Shown here: positions 26,781 to 36,557 of the stretch, piece after piece
Layout: each line of letters opens with the position of its first letter
Position numbering within the stretch: the first letter of the stretch is position 1
DNA from: an uncultured delta proteobacterium
Lineage (GTDB): Bacteria; Desulfobacterota; Binatia; HRBIN30; BPIQ01
Direction: 5' to 3'
DNA length: 64,000 bases
NCBI GenBank assembly: GCA_963761335.1
Contig: CAVXGR010000011.1
Location: 128,001 to 192,000 of the forward strand
Made by a program: the position numbers and the translations under genes
The notes under the pieces: generated by a model
What the model was told of the DNA's origin: nothing
The model's database searches: none
Seen by the model: the letters and a program-made list of their open reading frames with translations, nothing else

Positions 26781-27446
26781 TCAGCGGATGCGGCCGAGAC
26801 GGCCGCGCTCCCAGGCGGCGATCCGCAGCGCCAGTAGCGCGGCGAGCACCGCCGCGTATACCAGCGGCATGCGGACGTCGGCCTTCACCAGCCACCAGTA
26901 GTGCAGCACGGCGGCGCCCGCGGACAGGTAGACGAAGCGGTGCAGCTGCGTCCAGCGTCTTCCGAGACGGCGAATCCAGCCCCGCGTCGAGGTGATCGCC
27001 AGCGGCAGCATGCACATGAAGGCGGTGAAGCCGGCGGTGATGTAGGGCCGCTTGTAGGCGTCGGCGAGGATCGCGTTCCAGTCGAAGAAGTGATCGAGGA
27101 CGACGAAGGTCGACAGGTGCAGGCAGGCGTAGAAGAAGGCGAGCAGGCCGAGCGTGCGCCGATGCCGGATGACGGCGCTCCAGCCGGAGAGGCGCCGCAG
27201 CGGCGTCACCGCCAGGGTCGCCAGCAGTAGGCGCAGCGCCCAATCGCCGGTGAAATGGGTGATCGTCTCGATCGGGTTGGCGCCCAGATCGCCGCGGGAG
27301 GCGCGCAGCAGCAACCACACCGCCGGCAGCAAGCCCGCCCCAACGAGGAGCGCTCCCGCGGCGCGCCGGCGCCACGCCGCATTCGCGGCGCGGCGGCCGA
27401 CCGCGGCTCCGGGGCGCCCCCGAGCCCGCGGCGTGCTCTGCGCCAT
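26781..27446 (-). CDS. msrQ: Protein-methionine-sulfoxide reductase heme-binding membrane subunit
   Basis: Motifs LGANPIE, TGDWAL, LAVTPLR, RRTLGL, KRPYITAG, PLAITS and WTQLHRFVY. Follows msrP. Confidence 0.92.
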   Translation of the reverse strand: MAQSTPRARGRPGAAVGRRAANAAWRRRAAGALLVGAGLLPAVWLLLRASRGDLGANPIETITHFTGDWALRLLLATLAVTPLRRLSGWSAVIRHRRTLGLLAFFYACLHLSTFVVLDHFFDWNAILADAYKRPYITAGFTAFMCMLPLAITSTRGWIRRLGRRWTQLHRFVYLSAGAAVLHYWWLVKADVRMPLVYAAVLAALLALRIAAWERGRLGRIR

Positions 27447-27451
27447 GCCCA

Positions 27452-28444
27452 CTAGAAGTACTTCTTCAGATCCATGCCGGCGTAGAGACTGGCCACCTCT
27501 TCGCCATATCCGTTGAACGGCAGCGTCGGGCGGCGCAGGAACTCGCCGATGCGACGCTCGGTCTTCTGACTCCAGCGGGGGTGATCCACCCCCGGGTTCA
27601 CATTCGAGTAAAAGCCGTACTCGAGCGGATTCGCGGTGTTCCAGCTGGTCTCCGGCTGGCCGAGCTGCAGGCGAATGCTGACGATCGACTTGATACCCTT
27701 GAAGCCGTACTTCCACGGCACCACCAGCCGCAGCGGCGCGCCGTTCTGGTTGGGCAGCTCGCGGCCGTACATGCCCACGGTCAGCAGGGTGAGCGGGTGC
27801 ATGGCCTCGTCGATGCGCAGGCCCTCGCGGTAGGGCCAGTCGAGGACGCCGCGGCGCTCGCCGGGCATGTGCTCGGGATCCATGAGCGTTCGGAAGGCCA
27901 CGTACTTGGCATCCGACGTGGGCTCGAAGCGCTCCAGCACCTTGCCGAGGGAAACCCCGATCCAGGGAATGACCATCGACCACGCCTCGACGCAGCGGTG
28001 GCGATAGACGCGTTCCTCGAGCGCCGCGGGCTTGATCAGGTCCTCGAAGGCGATCACTCCGGGCTTCGCCACCTCGCCCTCGACCGACACCGACCACGGG
28101 TGGGTGACCAGGGTGTGGGCGTACTCCGCCGGATCCTCCTTGTCGGTGCCGAACTCGTAGAAGTTGTTGTAGGAGGTCGCCGACTTGTAATCGGTCGGCT
28201 CCTCGGTGGTGCTGTAGCGGACATTGCGCTGCGCCGCGAGCTTCTTCAGCTGGCGCTCGCCGGAGGTCTCCGAGGCGCGGTAGTCGGCGCGGCTGCAGCC
28301 CGGCAGCAGCACCGCCCCCGCGAGTGCTCCGGCAGCCGCCGCGGCGCCGCGGAGAAATTCACGACGGCGCAGGTACAGGGATTCGTCGGTGATCTCGCTC
28401 GAGGCCACCTCGCCGGCGCGCCGCACGCGGATGATCGTGCTCAT
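27452..28444 (-). CDS. msrP: Protein-methionine-sulfoxide reductase catalytic molybdo-subunit
   Basis: SEIT...RRREFL Tat signal; motifs [45 protein letters not shown] and HPRWSQ. Confidence 0.96.
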   Translation of the reverse strand: MSTIIRVRRAGEVASSEITDESLYLRRREFLRGAAAAAGALAGAVLLPGCSRADYRASETSGERQLKKLAAQRNVRYSTTEEPTDYKSATSYNNFYEFGTDKEDPAEYAHTLVTHPWSVSVEGEVAKPGVIAFEDLIKPAALEERVYRHRCVEAWSMVIPWIGVSLGKVLERFEPTSDAKYVAFRTLMDPEHMPGERRGVLDWPYREGLRIDEAMHPLTLLTVGMYGRELPNQNGAPLRLVVPWKYGFKGIKSIVSIRLQLGQPETSWNTANPLEYGFYSNVNPGVDHPRWSQKTERRIGEFLRRPTLPFNGYGEEVASLYAGMDLKKYF

Positions 28445-28554
28445 TTCGCTCCTCTCGCTTGGCTGGGTCTCATACTGGTCAGAACACGCCCGTCGCCACC
28501 GATGGTTCCCAGGGCCAAGTCTGTCATCTTCCGCCGCAGCTCTCCACCGCCAAT

Positions 28555-28717
28555 GGGGACAGGCTACTTTTGCCGCCCGAAACCTCTTGGGGTTCCGCAG
28601 AGACGGGCGCGCAAAAGTTGCCTGTCCTCATGCCGGAGGTCGGGGACAGGCACCTTTTCGGCGACGCGGCGGCGGCGGGTGCATGTGGCTTCGGTCTGCC
28701 GAAAAGCCGCCAGCCCC
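28555..28717. repeat. Two adjacent GGGGACAGGC-initiated hairpin repeats
   Basis: GGGGACAGGCTACTTTTGC...GCAAAAGTTGCCTGTCCTC (28555-28629) and GGGGACAGGCACCTTTTCGGC...GCCGAAAAGCCGCCAGCCCC (28642-28717). Confidence 0.6.
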
Positions 28718-30493
28718 CTACTTCCGGGACAAGAACGACACCGCCAGAATCGCGAAGATCGTCAGCACCCAGACGACGATGACGGCGACCTGCGGGCGCT
28801 GGCGATCCTCGTCGTAGCGCGGCACGTGACGCAGGCCCGGCGCCTCTTCTTCGGGCTCTGCGGCGCCGCGGTAGATCGACTCGCCGCGGATCAGGCGCCA
28901 GGCGACCAGCGGCGGATTGCGGCTGTACTCCGTGGCTGTGGCCGCGAGGCCGCCGAACCAGGCGCCGAGGCGCTGGCTCAAACCGTCGAGTGGAATCGAC
29001 ACCCAATCGAGAAAGCGCGCCGCCGGGGCGCGGTAGAACCAGTCGGTGTCCAGGGTGATCGCTCGGTGCGGCCGCAGCCGGTCGAGCAGCCACCAGAACC
29101 CCAGGGCGGTGAAGGCCGGCAGCAGCAGCATCTCGAAGACGTGCGGCGCCGTGAACGGATCGTAGGTCGCCGCGAACGGCAGCAGCGCGTACAGCCAACC
29201 CGGTGCCACGCCCAGCGCGATGCACAGCGCCGACGCCAGGCCCATGGCCAGCAGCATGTGGCGCGGCACCTCGACCGCCGGTCCGCTCGGCTCGCGGTCG
29301 AACCAGGCGAAGTACGGCAGCTTCAGACCGACGGAGAGAAAAGTGCCGACCGAGGCGAGGTTCAGCAGCATGGCGATCCCGGGGCGATGCGCCTCCGCCG
29401 CGGCGGTGACCACCATGGACTTGGACACGAAGCCGTTGAACAGCGGCAGGCCGGAGATCGAGAGAGCGCCGATCATGTACATCACCAGCGTCCACGGCAT
29501 CTGCCGCGCCAGACCGCCGAGGTCGGTGAGCTTCTCGCGGCCGCTCGAGTAGATCACCGCGCCGGTACCCATGAACAGCAGCCCCTTGTAGATAATATGG
29601 CAAAAGGCGTGTGCCGTGGCGCCGTTCAGTGCCATCTCGGTGCCGATACCGACGCCGCAGACCATGTAGCCGACCTGGCTGACGATGTGGTAGGCGAGCA
29701 GCCGGCGGATGTTGTTCTCCAGCACCGCAAAGGCAACACCGTACACCGCCATCACGGCGCCCGCCCACACCAGAACCTCGGCGCCGGGGAAGCCGCGGAT
29801 CAGACAGTACACCGCCGTCTTGGTGGTGAAGGCGCTGAGAAAGACGCCGCCCGCTACTGTCGACTCGGGATAGGCATCGGGCAACCAGGGGTGCAGCGGC
29901 GGCACCGCGGCGTTGATGCAGAGTCCGACGAGCAGCAGCGCCGAGGCGGCCCCGAAGCCGCCGAGATTGCCGAAGGCCATCGAGCCGGAGGCGCGCATGA
30001 CCAGCAGGACGCCGAGCAGCAGAGCGCCGCCGGCGGTGAAGTGCACCAGCAGGTATCGCTGCGCGGCGCGCAGCGATTCCGGCCGCCGCCGGGCGAAAAT
30101 GAGCAGCGCCGAGGCCACCGCCATGACCTCCCAGCCGACGAACATGGAGAGGAGATCCCCGCTGAAGACGACGAACAGGCCGGCGCCCGCGTACACCAGG
30201 CCGCTGGCCTGCTCGAGAGCGCTGCTGCGGTGCCAGCCGTAGAGATTGGCGAGCGCGGCGACGATGAGGAAGACGAGGCCGAAGACAAGGCTCAGGGCGT
30301 CGGTGCGCGCCAGCACCAGGGGCAGGCCGACGACATGCAGCTCCCAGCTCTTGCCGGCCGGCAGCATGTACATCAGCGGCAGGGCCACCAGCGGCGCCAG
30401 CAGGCAGGCGAGCCGGCGGCCGCGCAGCGGCAGAAAGGGCAGCAGCGCCGCCGCCAGCAGCAGCACCAGGCCCGGGGGAACGCCGCTACTCAT
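28718..30493 (-). CDS. mrpD: Mrp-type Na+/H+ antiporter subunit D-like (third copy)
   Basis: Motifs GWEVMA, LHPWLPDAYP, SAFTTK, RRLLAYHIVSQVG, HAFCHIIYKGLLFM and PLFNGFVSK. Confidence 0.85.
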   Translation of the reverse strand: MSSGVPPGLVLLLAAALLPFLPLRGRRLACLLAPLVALPLMYMLPAGKSWELHVVGLPLVLARTDALSLVFGLVFLIVAALANLYGWHRSSALEQASGLVYAGAGLFVVFSGDLLSMFVGWEVMAVASALLIFARRRPESLRAAQRYLLVHFTAGGALLLGVLLVMRASGSMAFGNLGGFGAASALLLVGLCINAAVPPLHPWLPDAYPESTVAGGVFLSAFTTKTAVYCLIRGFPGAEVLVWAGAVMAVYGVAFAVLENNIRRLLAYHIVSQVGYMVCGVGIGTEMALNGATAHAFCHIIYKGLLFMGTGAVIYSSGREKLTDLGGLARQMPWTLVMYMIGALSISGLPLFNGFVSKSMVVTAAAEAHRPGIAMLLNLASVGTFLSVGLKLPYFAWFDREPSGPAVEVPRHMLLAMGLASALCIALGVAPGWLYALLPFAATYDPFTAPHVFEMLLLPAFTALGFWWLLDRLRPHRAITLDTDWFYRAPAARFLDWVSIPLDGLSQRLGAWFGGLAATATEYSRNPPLVAWRLIRGESIYRGAAEPEEEAPGLRHVPRYDEDRQRPQVAVIVVWVLTIFAILAVSFLSRK

Positions 30494-30713
30494 CGCTCTG
30501 CCCCGTGTAATAGCTCTCCCGGCGCTGCAGCCAGCGCTCGCCGAAGGCGCGGAAGCCGAGGACGAGCAGCGCCGTGCCGGCCAGGGCGAAGAACGCGTAG
30601 AAGCCGGGGATGCGCTCCAACCAGACGTGCGGGTGCTCCGGGCGGCCGAAGATCGCGCCGGCGGCGAACAGCGCCACGAGAAAGGCGACCGCGAGGCGAC
30701 GCCAGCGGCGCAT
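30486..30713 (-). CDS. Small membrane protein of the Mrp-like operon
   Basis: Two hydrophobic segments, IPGFYAFF and LQRRESYY. Start and stop overlap the neighbouring genes. Confidence 0.7.
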   Translation of the reverse strand: MRRWRRLAVAFLVALFAAGAIFGRPEHPHVWLERIPGFYAFFALAGTALLVLGFRAFGERWLQRRESYYTGQSDE

Positions 30714-32188
30714 CAGAACCTCGCTCCGACCCGCTGCGACAGGTCCCAGAGGTGCGGGCCGATATTCGGCCAGATGCCGAGGGCGACGGCGCAGGCGGCG
30801 GTGAACAGCAATGGCAGCAGCATGGCGGGATGCGCCTCACCGCGTTCGCGAAACTCCTCCGACGAGCGAAAAAAGGCGGCATAGACGATCGGAAAAAAGT
30901 AGGCAATGTTCAGTAACCCGCTCACCACCAGCACCACGGCCAGCCCGATGCGGTGCGCATCGAGGCTGCCGAGGCACAGATACCACTTGCTGACGAAGCC
31001 GTTGAGCGGCGGCATGCCGGCGAGCCCGAGGGCGCCGACGGCGAAGGCGCCCATGGTGAACGGCATGCGGCGGCCAATGCCGTCGAGCTGGCTGATGCGC
31101 TCGCAGCCGGTGGTCACCTGAATGGCGCCGGCGCAGAAGAAGAGCGTGATCTTGAGGACGGCGTGGTTGGCGAGATGCAGGACGGCGCCCATCACCGCGG
31201 CGGGCGACAGCACCGCAGCCCCGAGGACGATGTAGGAGAGCTGGCTGATGGTCGAGTAGGCCAGCCGCCGCTTCAGGTTGTCCTGCGCCAGCGCCAGGAC
31301 CGAGGCGGTGAGAATGGTGGCGGCGGCGACGTCGGCGAGCGCCGTGGCCGCTCCCATGCGCTCGAGAAGCGCCGCACCGAAGACGAAGGCGATGACGCGG
31401 ACACAGCCGAAGACTCCCGACTTCACCACCGCCACCGCGTGCAACAGAGCGCTCACCGGCGTCGGCGCGATCATGGCCGTGGGCAACCAGCCGTGCAGCG
31501 GCATGATCGCCGCCTTGACCCCGAAGCCCGCGATCAGCAGCCAGAAGAACAGGTGCAGCGTCATGGGACTGGCCGACGCCGCCGTGAGTATTCCCCCGGC
31601 GCGCAGGTCGAGGGTGCCGGTGACGGCGTAGATGCCGGCACACCCGGCGAGAATCGCCACTCCTCCGCCGAGGGTGTAGACGAGGTACTTGCGGCCGGCG
31701 ACCAGCGCCTCCTCACTCTCCTTGTGGACCACCAGCGGATAGGTCGCCAGGGTGAGCACCTCGTAGAAGAGATAGAGGGTCAGCAGGTTGGCCGCCAGGG
31801 CCACGCCGATGGTCGCCGACAGCGACAGTGCGAAGCTGGCGTAGTAGCGCGTCTGTGCGTGCTCCCGCAGCGAGCGCATGTAGCCGACCGAGTAGATCGA
31901 GGTCAGCAGCCAGAGGCTGGAGGCAACCACGGCGAAGACGGTCCCGAAGGCGTCGGCGCGCAGCTGCAGGGGCACCCCTGGAACCAGCTCGAAAAGCGTC
32001 GTCTGCAACGGCGCGCCGCGGAGCGCCCCCGGCAGCAGCGACAGCACCAGCCCGAGCTTGGCGATAGCCGCGGCAAACGTACACGCTTCGCGCACATTTG
32101 GATGGCGGTCGAGGCGCAGGATCGCCAGCGCCGCAACCGCCGAGACCACCACCGCCGCCAGCGGCCGCAGCGATTCAACGCCGGCCAC
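30713..32188 (-). CDS. mrpD: Mrp-type antiporter subunit D-like (second copy)
   Basis: Motifs LFYEVLTLATYPLV, PLHGWLPTAMIAPTPVSALLHAVAVVKSG and LKRRLAYSTISQ. Confidence 0.85.
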   Translation of the reverse strand: MAGVESLRPLAAVVVSAVAALAILRLDRHPNVREACTFAAAIAKLGLVLSLLPGALRGAPLQTTLFELVPGVPLQLRADAFGTVFAVVASSLWLLTSIYSVGYMRSLREHAQTRYYASFALSLSATIGVALAANLLTLYLFYEVLTLATYPLVVHKESEEALVAGRKYLVYTLGGGVAILAGCAGIYAVTGTLDLRAGGILTAASASPMTLHLFFWLLIAGFGVKAAIMPLHGWLPTAMIAPTPVSALLHAVAVVKSGVFGCVRVIAFVFGAALLERMGAATALADVAAATILTASVLALAQDNLKRRLAYSTISQLSYIVLGAAVLSPAAVMGAVLHLANHAVLKITLFFCAGAIQVTTGCERISQLDGIGRRMPFTMGAFAVGALGLAGMPPLNGFVSKWYLCLGSLDAHRIGLAVVLVVSGLLNIAYFFPIVYAAFFRSSEEFRERGEAHPAMLLPLLFTAACAVALGIWPNIGPHLWDLSQRVGARF

Positions 32189-33722
32189 GAAGATCCTCCG
32201 GCGCCACCGCGGCCGTCACACCCAGCACGGCGCCGCGGCCGGGGAGGCCGGCGATGGCGCCATCGAGAACACGCCGCACCAGCGGCGCCGTGAGCACGCC
32301 GGCGAGGAGGACAGCGCAGGCCAGCGCCGCGATCGGCGCCATCATGGCCCGCGGCAGCTCCGGCGTCGCCGGCGGCGCTGCCTCGACCTCGTCGGACGCG
32401 TGCCGGGAGAAATAAATGGTCTCAATCAGACGGAAGAAGTACCAGGCGTTCAGCAAGGTGCTGAGCAGCAGCACGGCGGCGAAGATCGGACGTCCGGCGT
32501 GGAGACAGCCGAGCAGGAGATACCACTTGCTGAAGAAGCCGAGCGTCGGCGGGATGCCGATCATCGACATGCTGGAGATCACCAGGGCCGCCATGCTGCG
32601 CGGCATCTTGGTGGCGATGCGCTCCAGGCTGTCCTCGCTGCGCCCGCCGAAGCGAAAGGCGACGCCGCCGATGATCAGGAACAGACAGCCCTTGGTGACC
32701 GCGTGCGCCACCATGTGCAGCACCGCGCCGATCAGGCCGTCGCGGTTGCCGAGGGCGATGCCCAGGGCGATGTAGGCGAGATGGCCGACGCTCGAGTAGG
32801 CGAGCAGTCGCTTGAGATCGGTCTGCGCCAGCGCCATCACCGAGCCGGCGACGATGCCGCCGCACGCCGCCCAGCCCAGCAGCGAGGTGATCGGCAGGTG
32901 CAGTGGCGCCACCGCCGGCCAGAGCACGCCGTAGAGAACGCGCAGCAGGGCGAAGGCGTTCACCTTGGTCATGACCGCGGCGATCAGGGCGCTGGCCGAC
33001 GACGGCGCATACGTGTAGGCATCCGGCAGCCACGTGTGCATCGGAAAGAGCGCCATCTTGAGCGACAGGCCGGTGACGATGAAGGCGACGGCGATGACGA
33101 TGCTCGGCGAGCTGCCCACCTGCGGCAGGCGCGCCGCCATGTCGGCCATGTTCAACGTGCCGGTGAGCGCGAACAGGTAGGCGAGGCCGAGCAGATAGAA
33201 GGTGGCGCCCACCGTGCCGATCAACAGATAGCGAAAGCTGGCGAGCGCCGCGGCGCCCCCGCCGACGGCGATCAGCGTGTAGGTGGTGATCGAGGCGATC
33301 TCGAGGAAGACGTAGAGGTTGAAGAGATCGCCGGTGACCACCATGCCCTGCAGGGCAGCGAGCAGCAGCGACAGGGTCGCCAGGAAGCTCGACTCCTCCC
33401 CGGGAAGCTCGGCGTGCAGCGTCGGGCCGGCGTAGACGAGCACGGCAACGCCCACCCAACCGATCAGCGTCGCCATCAGCGCCGAGAGCCCGTCGATGTG
33501 GTAGACGATGCCGAACGGAGCCGCCCAGCCGCCGAACGTGTAGTGCAGCGCGTGCCCGTCCACCGTCTGCCACAGGGCGACGGACGCGGAGCTGGCGGAG
33601 ATCAAGGCGCCGGCGAGAACCAGCAGCCGGGTGCGCTCGGCGTTGCCGGTCGCCAGCGCCACGGCGAGCAGCGCCGCCAACAGGGGCGGCACGACGATGG
33701 CGACGGGGATCTGCGAGATCAA
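32175..33722 (-). CDS. mrpD: Mrp-type antiporter subunit D
   Basis: Motifs GGWAAPFGI, TGDLFNLYVFLEI, TGTLNM, FPMHTWLPDAY and LKRLLAYSS. Confidence 0.88.
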   Translation of the reverse strand: MISQIPVAIVVPPLLAALLAVALATGNAERTRLLVLAGALISASSASVALWQTVDGHALHYTFGGWAAPFGIVYHIDGLSALMATLIGWVGVAVLVYAGPTLHAELPGEESSFLATLSLLLAALQGMVVTGDLFNLYVFLEIASITTYTLIAVGGGAAALASFRYLLIGTVGATFYLLGLAYLFALTGTLNMADMAARLPQVGSSPSIVIAVAFIVTGLSLKMALFPMHTWLPDAYTYAPSSASALIAAVMTKVNAFALLRVLYGVLWPAVAPLHLPITSLLGWAACGGIVAGSVMALAQTDLKRLLAYSSVGHLAYIALGIALGNRDGLIGAVLHMVAHAVTKGCLFLIIGGVAFRFGGRSEDSLERIATKMPRSMAALVISSMSMIGIPPTLGFFSKWYLLLGCLHAGRPIFAAVLLLSTLLNAWYFFRLIETIYFSRHASDEVEAAPPATPELPRAMMAPIAALACAVLLAGVLTAPLVRRVLDGAIAGLPGRGAVLGVTAAVAPEDLRGRR

Positions 33723-33723
33723 C

Positions 33724-34074
33724 TCAGTGTCCCGTCAGGTGGCGCTCGTCGAGCGTGCCGTAGCGGCGATAGATGCGGATCAAGAGCGCGAAGGCGACGC
33801 CGCTGGTGCTCACCATCACCACGATCGCCGTCAGCATCAGGACATGCGGCAGCGGGCTCATGAATGGAGCCGCACTCACCTCGCCGCCGTGCGGAAGAAT
33901 CGGCACCGTGCCGCCGGGCTTCAGGCTGAAGGACAGAAAGAGAAAGATGGTGGCGTTCTGCACGATGTTGAGGCCGATCAGCTTCTTCACCAGGTTGCGC
34001 TTCATGGTCAGGCCGTAGAAGCCGATCACCAGCAGCACGGCCGTCATCCAGTACTCGTAGCGCGCCTCGATCAT
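33724..34074 (-). CDS. mrpC: Mrp antiporter subunit C
   Basis: Motifs NLVKKLIGLNI, PLPHVLMLTAIVV and YGTLDE. ATGA overlap with the upstream gene. Confidence 0.9.
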   Translation of the reverse strand: MIEARYEYWMTAVLLVIGFYGLTMKRNLVKKLIGLNIVQNATIFLFLSFSLKPGGTVPILPHGGEVSAAPFMSPLPHVLMLTAIVVMVSTSGVAFALLIRIYRRYGTLDERHLTGH

Positions 34075-34541
34075 GCCTCTTGCACCGACTCCTCGGGCGG
34101 CGGTGTGGGCGCCAGATCGTCGAAGATCGACACCATCACTCCGGCGACGCCGATGGCGACGCCGATCTCGACGCCGAGAATTCCGTAATGGCGCACCCAG
34201 GCGGCGGAGAGACCGGGGACCGGCACGGCGCCATAGTTGAGAAACTGGCTCCCGAACAGAAGCGGGAGCACTCCGCACAGGCCGTAGATCATCACGCCCA
34301 CCGCTCCCAGGCGGATCGCCGCCGATCCGGGCAGAAAGCGGCGCGACAGGCTCGGCTCCTGGGTGAAGCGCGCCAAGACGATGCTGGCGCCGAGGATGGC
34401 GCCGCCCTGGAAGCCACCCCCCGGGCTCTCGTGGCCGTGAAACAGCACATAGAGCGCAAACACCTGGATGAACGGAATCATCACCTTGCAGGCCGTGCGC
34501 ACGATACGGCTGTCGTAGGGCGACACGATCATGTCGCTCAT
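34071..34541 (-). CDS. mrpB: Mrp antiporter subunit B (MnhB domain)
   Basis: Motifs FHGHESPGGGFQGG and VEIGV. An upstream in-frame start at 34589 is possible. Confidence 0.85.
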   Translation of the reverse strand: MSDMIVSPYDSRIVRTACKVMIPFIQVFALYVLFHGHESPGGGFQGGAILGASIVLARFTQEPSLSRRFLPGSAAIRLGAVGVMIYGLCGVLPLLFGSQFLNYGAVPVPGLSAAWVRHYGILGVEIGVAIGVAGVMVSIFDDLAPTPPPEESVQEA

Positions 34542-34594
34542 GCGCACTCCTTCGACGGAGTGATGGCGGGCGGGATCGGGTCCGGGCATGGCCG

Positions 34595-34864
34595 TCAGTG
34601 AAATCGCCGCAGCAGGAGGAAGCAGGAGAGGCCGGCGGCAAAGATCACGGTGGTCTCCCCGAAGGTGTCGTAGCCGCGGTAATCGGCGAGAATCGAGGTC
34701 ACCAGGTTCGGCGTCTCCGTCTGCTCGAGGCTGTGCTCGACGTAGTACGGCTCGACGTGCCGGGCGATCGGATTATTCACCCGGCGCAGGGGCGGCAGAC
34801 CGCCGGCGCCGATGAGCAGGATGATCCCAAGCGCCGCAAGCGCCACTGTCGTCCACACTCTCAA
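34595..34864 (-). CDS. MbhE/MrpA-C-terminal-like small subunit
   Basis: Motif PNLVTSILADYRGYDTFGE. Confidence 0.8.
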   Translation of the reverse strand: MRVWTTVALAALGIILLIGAGGLPPLRRVNNPIARHVEPYYVEHSLEQTETPNLVTSILADYRGYDTFGETTVIFAAGLSCFLLLRRFH

Positions 34865-35106
34865 TCGTCCGACCTCCGCGTGGTGCGCACGATGGCCATA
34901 AGAAAGAACACACCGGTGATGCCGGCGCCGACCGAGGCCTCGGTGAAGCCGACGTCCACAGCTCCCATCTGCGCCATCACCAGCGCCGTGAGAAAGCTGT
35001 AGCCGCCGAGGAGAAAGACCGCCGCCAGCAGATCGCGCACCTGCAGCGAGGCAATGGCGACGGCGATCATCATGGGGAAGAGCAGATACTCGAAAGGCAG
35101 GGTCAC
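34861..35106 (-). CDS. DUF4040/MbhD-like small subunit
   Basis: DLLAAV...AVDVGFTEASVGAG. GTG start overlaps the mrpG stop. Confidence 0.78.
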   Translation of the reverse strand: MTLPFEYLLFPMMIAVAIASLQVRDLLAAVFLLGGYSFLTALVMAQMGAVDVGFTEASVGAGITGVFFLMAIVRTTRRSDD

Positions 35107-35405
35107 GAGCTTCCCTCCCGCATCCAGGGCTTCACTCCCGAGAGCAGCGCCGCGCGCGCCACGGCGTGCGTCGAGGTCGGATTGGCGATGTAGAAGAAGA
35201 GGCCGACGACCACGAACTTGAGCGCCAGCAGCGACCACCCGGCCAGACAGGCGACGCCGAGAAGCGACAGCAGAGCGCCGAGGGTATCGGCCTTGCCGAT
35301 GGCGTGCATGCGCGTGAAGACGTCGGGCAGGCGGATGTAGCCGATGGTGCCGGCGGTGAGAAAGAAGACGCCGCTCACCAGGAGCACGACGGCGACTACG
35401 GTCAT
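35103..35405 (-). CDS. mrpG: Mrp antiporter subunit G
   Basis: Motifs RLPDVFTRMHA, KADTLG and NPTSTHAVARAA. Confidence 0.88.
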   Translation of the reverse strand: MTVVAVVLLVSGVFFLTAGTIGYIRLPDVFTRMHAIGKADTLGALLSLLGVACLAGWSLLALKFVVVGLFFYIANPTSTHAVARAALLSGVKPWMREGSS

Positions 35406-35671
35406 TGGACGGCCTCCTGTCGGGTGAAGTACTTCGCCACGACCAGCGTGGCGATGAAGTTCAGCAGCGCATAGGTGAGAGCGATGTCGACGAAGGCGTC
35501 CGGGCGCCCGAAGAGCACACCGGTGATCGCCAGGATGACGGTGGCGTTGGTGCCGACGACGCCGACGCCGATGATGCGGTTGAAGACGCCGCGGCGGAAG
35601 ATCACCGACCACAGCGCCGCCACCATGCCGGCGGCCAGGACCAGGAGGAGCACCGTCAAGAGAAGGTTCAT
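35402..35671 (-). CDS. mrpF: Mrp antiporter subunit F
   Basis: FNRIIG...FVDIALTYALLNFIAT. ATGA overlaps at both ends. Confidence 0.85.
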   Translation of the reverse strand: MNLLLTVLLLVLAAGMVAALWSVIFRRGVFNRIIGVGVVGTNATVILAITGVLFGRPDAFVDIALTYALLNFIATLVVAKYFTRQEAVQ

Positions 35672-36249
35672 TCCACCGGCCCCTCCTCGATTCCGGGCAG
35701 GGTGCGGGCGATCTGCTCCTGCATGCGGCCAATGCTCGGCAGGACACCGGGATCCGCCACCAGGGCGTGCACCAGGAACTCGCCCTCGGGCGCGGTGACC
35801 GTGATCGTCCCCGGGGTGAGGGTGATCGAGTTCGCCAGCAGCGTGCGCCCGAGGTCACTCTGCAAATGGGTCTTGAAGCTCACCATGGCCGGGTCGATCG
35901 GCAGCTTCGGATCGAGAACGACGCGCAGCACCTGCAGGTTGGCCACGGCGATCTCCTTGGTGAGCCAGAGGACGTAGACGAAGAGGCGCGGCCAGGAGAC
36001 GCGCGCCAGATGCAGCCGCCCCAGCTCGCCGCGGCCCTCGAAGAACTGCATCTCGTGAGTGAGGCGCGCCACCACGGCGGTGCTGAGCACGCCGCAGACG
36101 AGGTGGAAGGCGTCGAACACACCGGAGAGCACGATCCAGAAGAGGAAGAGCATCGCCCAGTGGAGCGCGAACCCCGGAGTCGACCACCGCTTCCCGCCTC
36201 TCGGCGGCGCCATTTCGCGCCCTCCCGCCGTGGCCGCTTCGTCCACCAT
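35668..36249 (-). CDS. mrpE: Mrp antiporter subunit E
   Basis: Motifs FWIVLSG, EIAVANLQV and LANSITLTPGTIT. Confidence 0.88.
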   Translation of the reverse strand: MVDEAATAGGREMAPPRGGKRWSTPGFALHWAMLFLFWIVLSGVFDAFHLVCGVLSTAVVARLTHEMQFFEGRGELGRLHLARVSWPRLFVYVLWLTKEIAVANLQVLRVVLDPKLPIDPAMVSFKTHLQSDLGRTLLANSITLTPGTITVTAPEGEFLVHALVADPGVLPSIGRMQEQIARTLPGIEEGPVE

Positions 36250-36330
36250 CGTCTTCGCGCGCCTCGCTCCCGTCCGCCGACGGCCGCGATGATATCGACC
36301 GGGGCGAGCGGGTCAAGGGGAAGGGCTGCG

Positions 36331-36512
36331 AGGTGTTGGGTGTTGCGGTGTTGGGTCGTGCTCGTGCTCAGCGAAGCGGTGCTCGTAATCGTACTCGTAA
36401 TCGTCACTGAGCGCCGCGGGGCCCAGCGCCGCGCCGCGGTGTTCCGCGAGTACGATTTCTGAGCACGGGCACGACCCAACACCGCAACACCCAACACCCA
36501 ACACCCAACACC
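36331..36512. repeat. Second, partly degenerate copy of the 48-bp TIR element
   Basis: TCGTGCTCGTGCTCAGCGAAGCGGTGCTCGTAATCGTACTCGTAATCG at 36356-36403, a truncated inverse arm near 36447-36474, and flanking GTGTTG/CAACAC tracts. Confidence 0.78.
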
Positions 36513-36557
36513 TGGCTCCCTCGTGCGTTGCGACGGCCGGCGGCATATGGTCCGCGG

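Noticed and set aside
27581..30916. 1111-aa plus-strand ORF
   Set aside because: Antisense shadow of msrP/mrpD in high-GC DNA; the minus-strand genes have clear family motifs.
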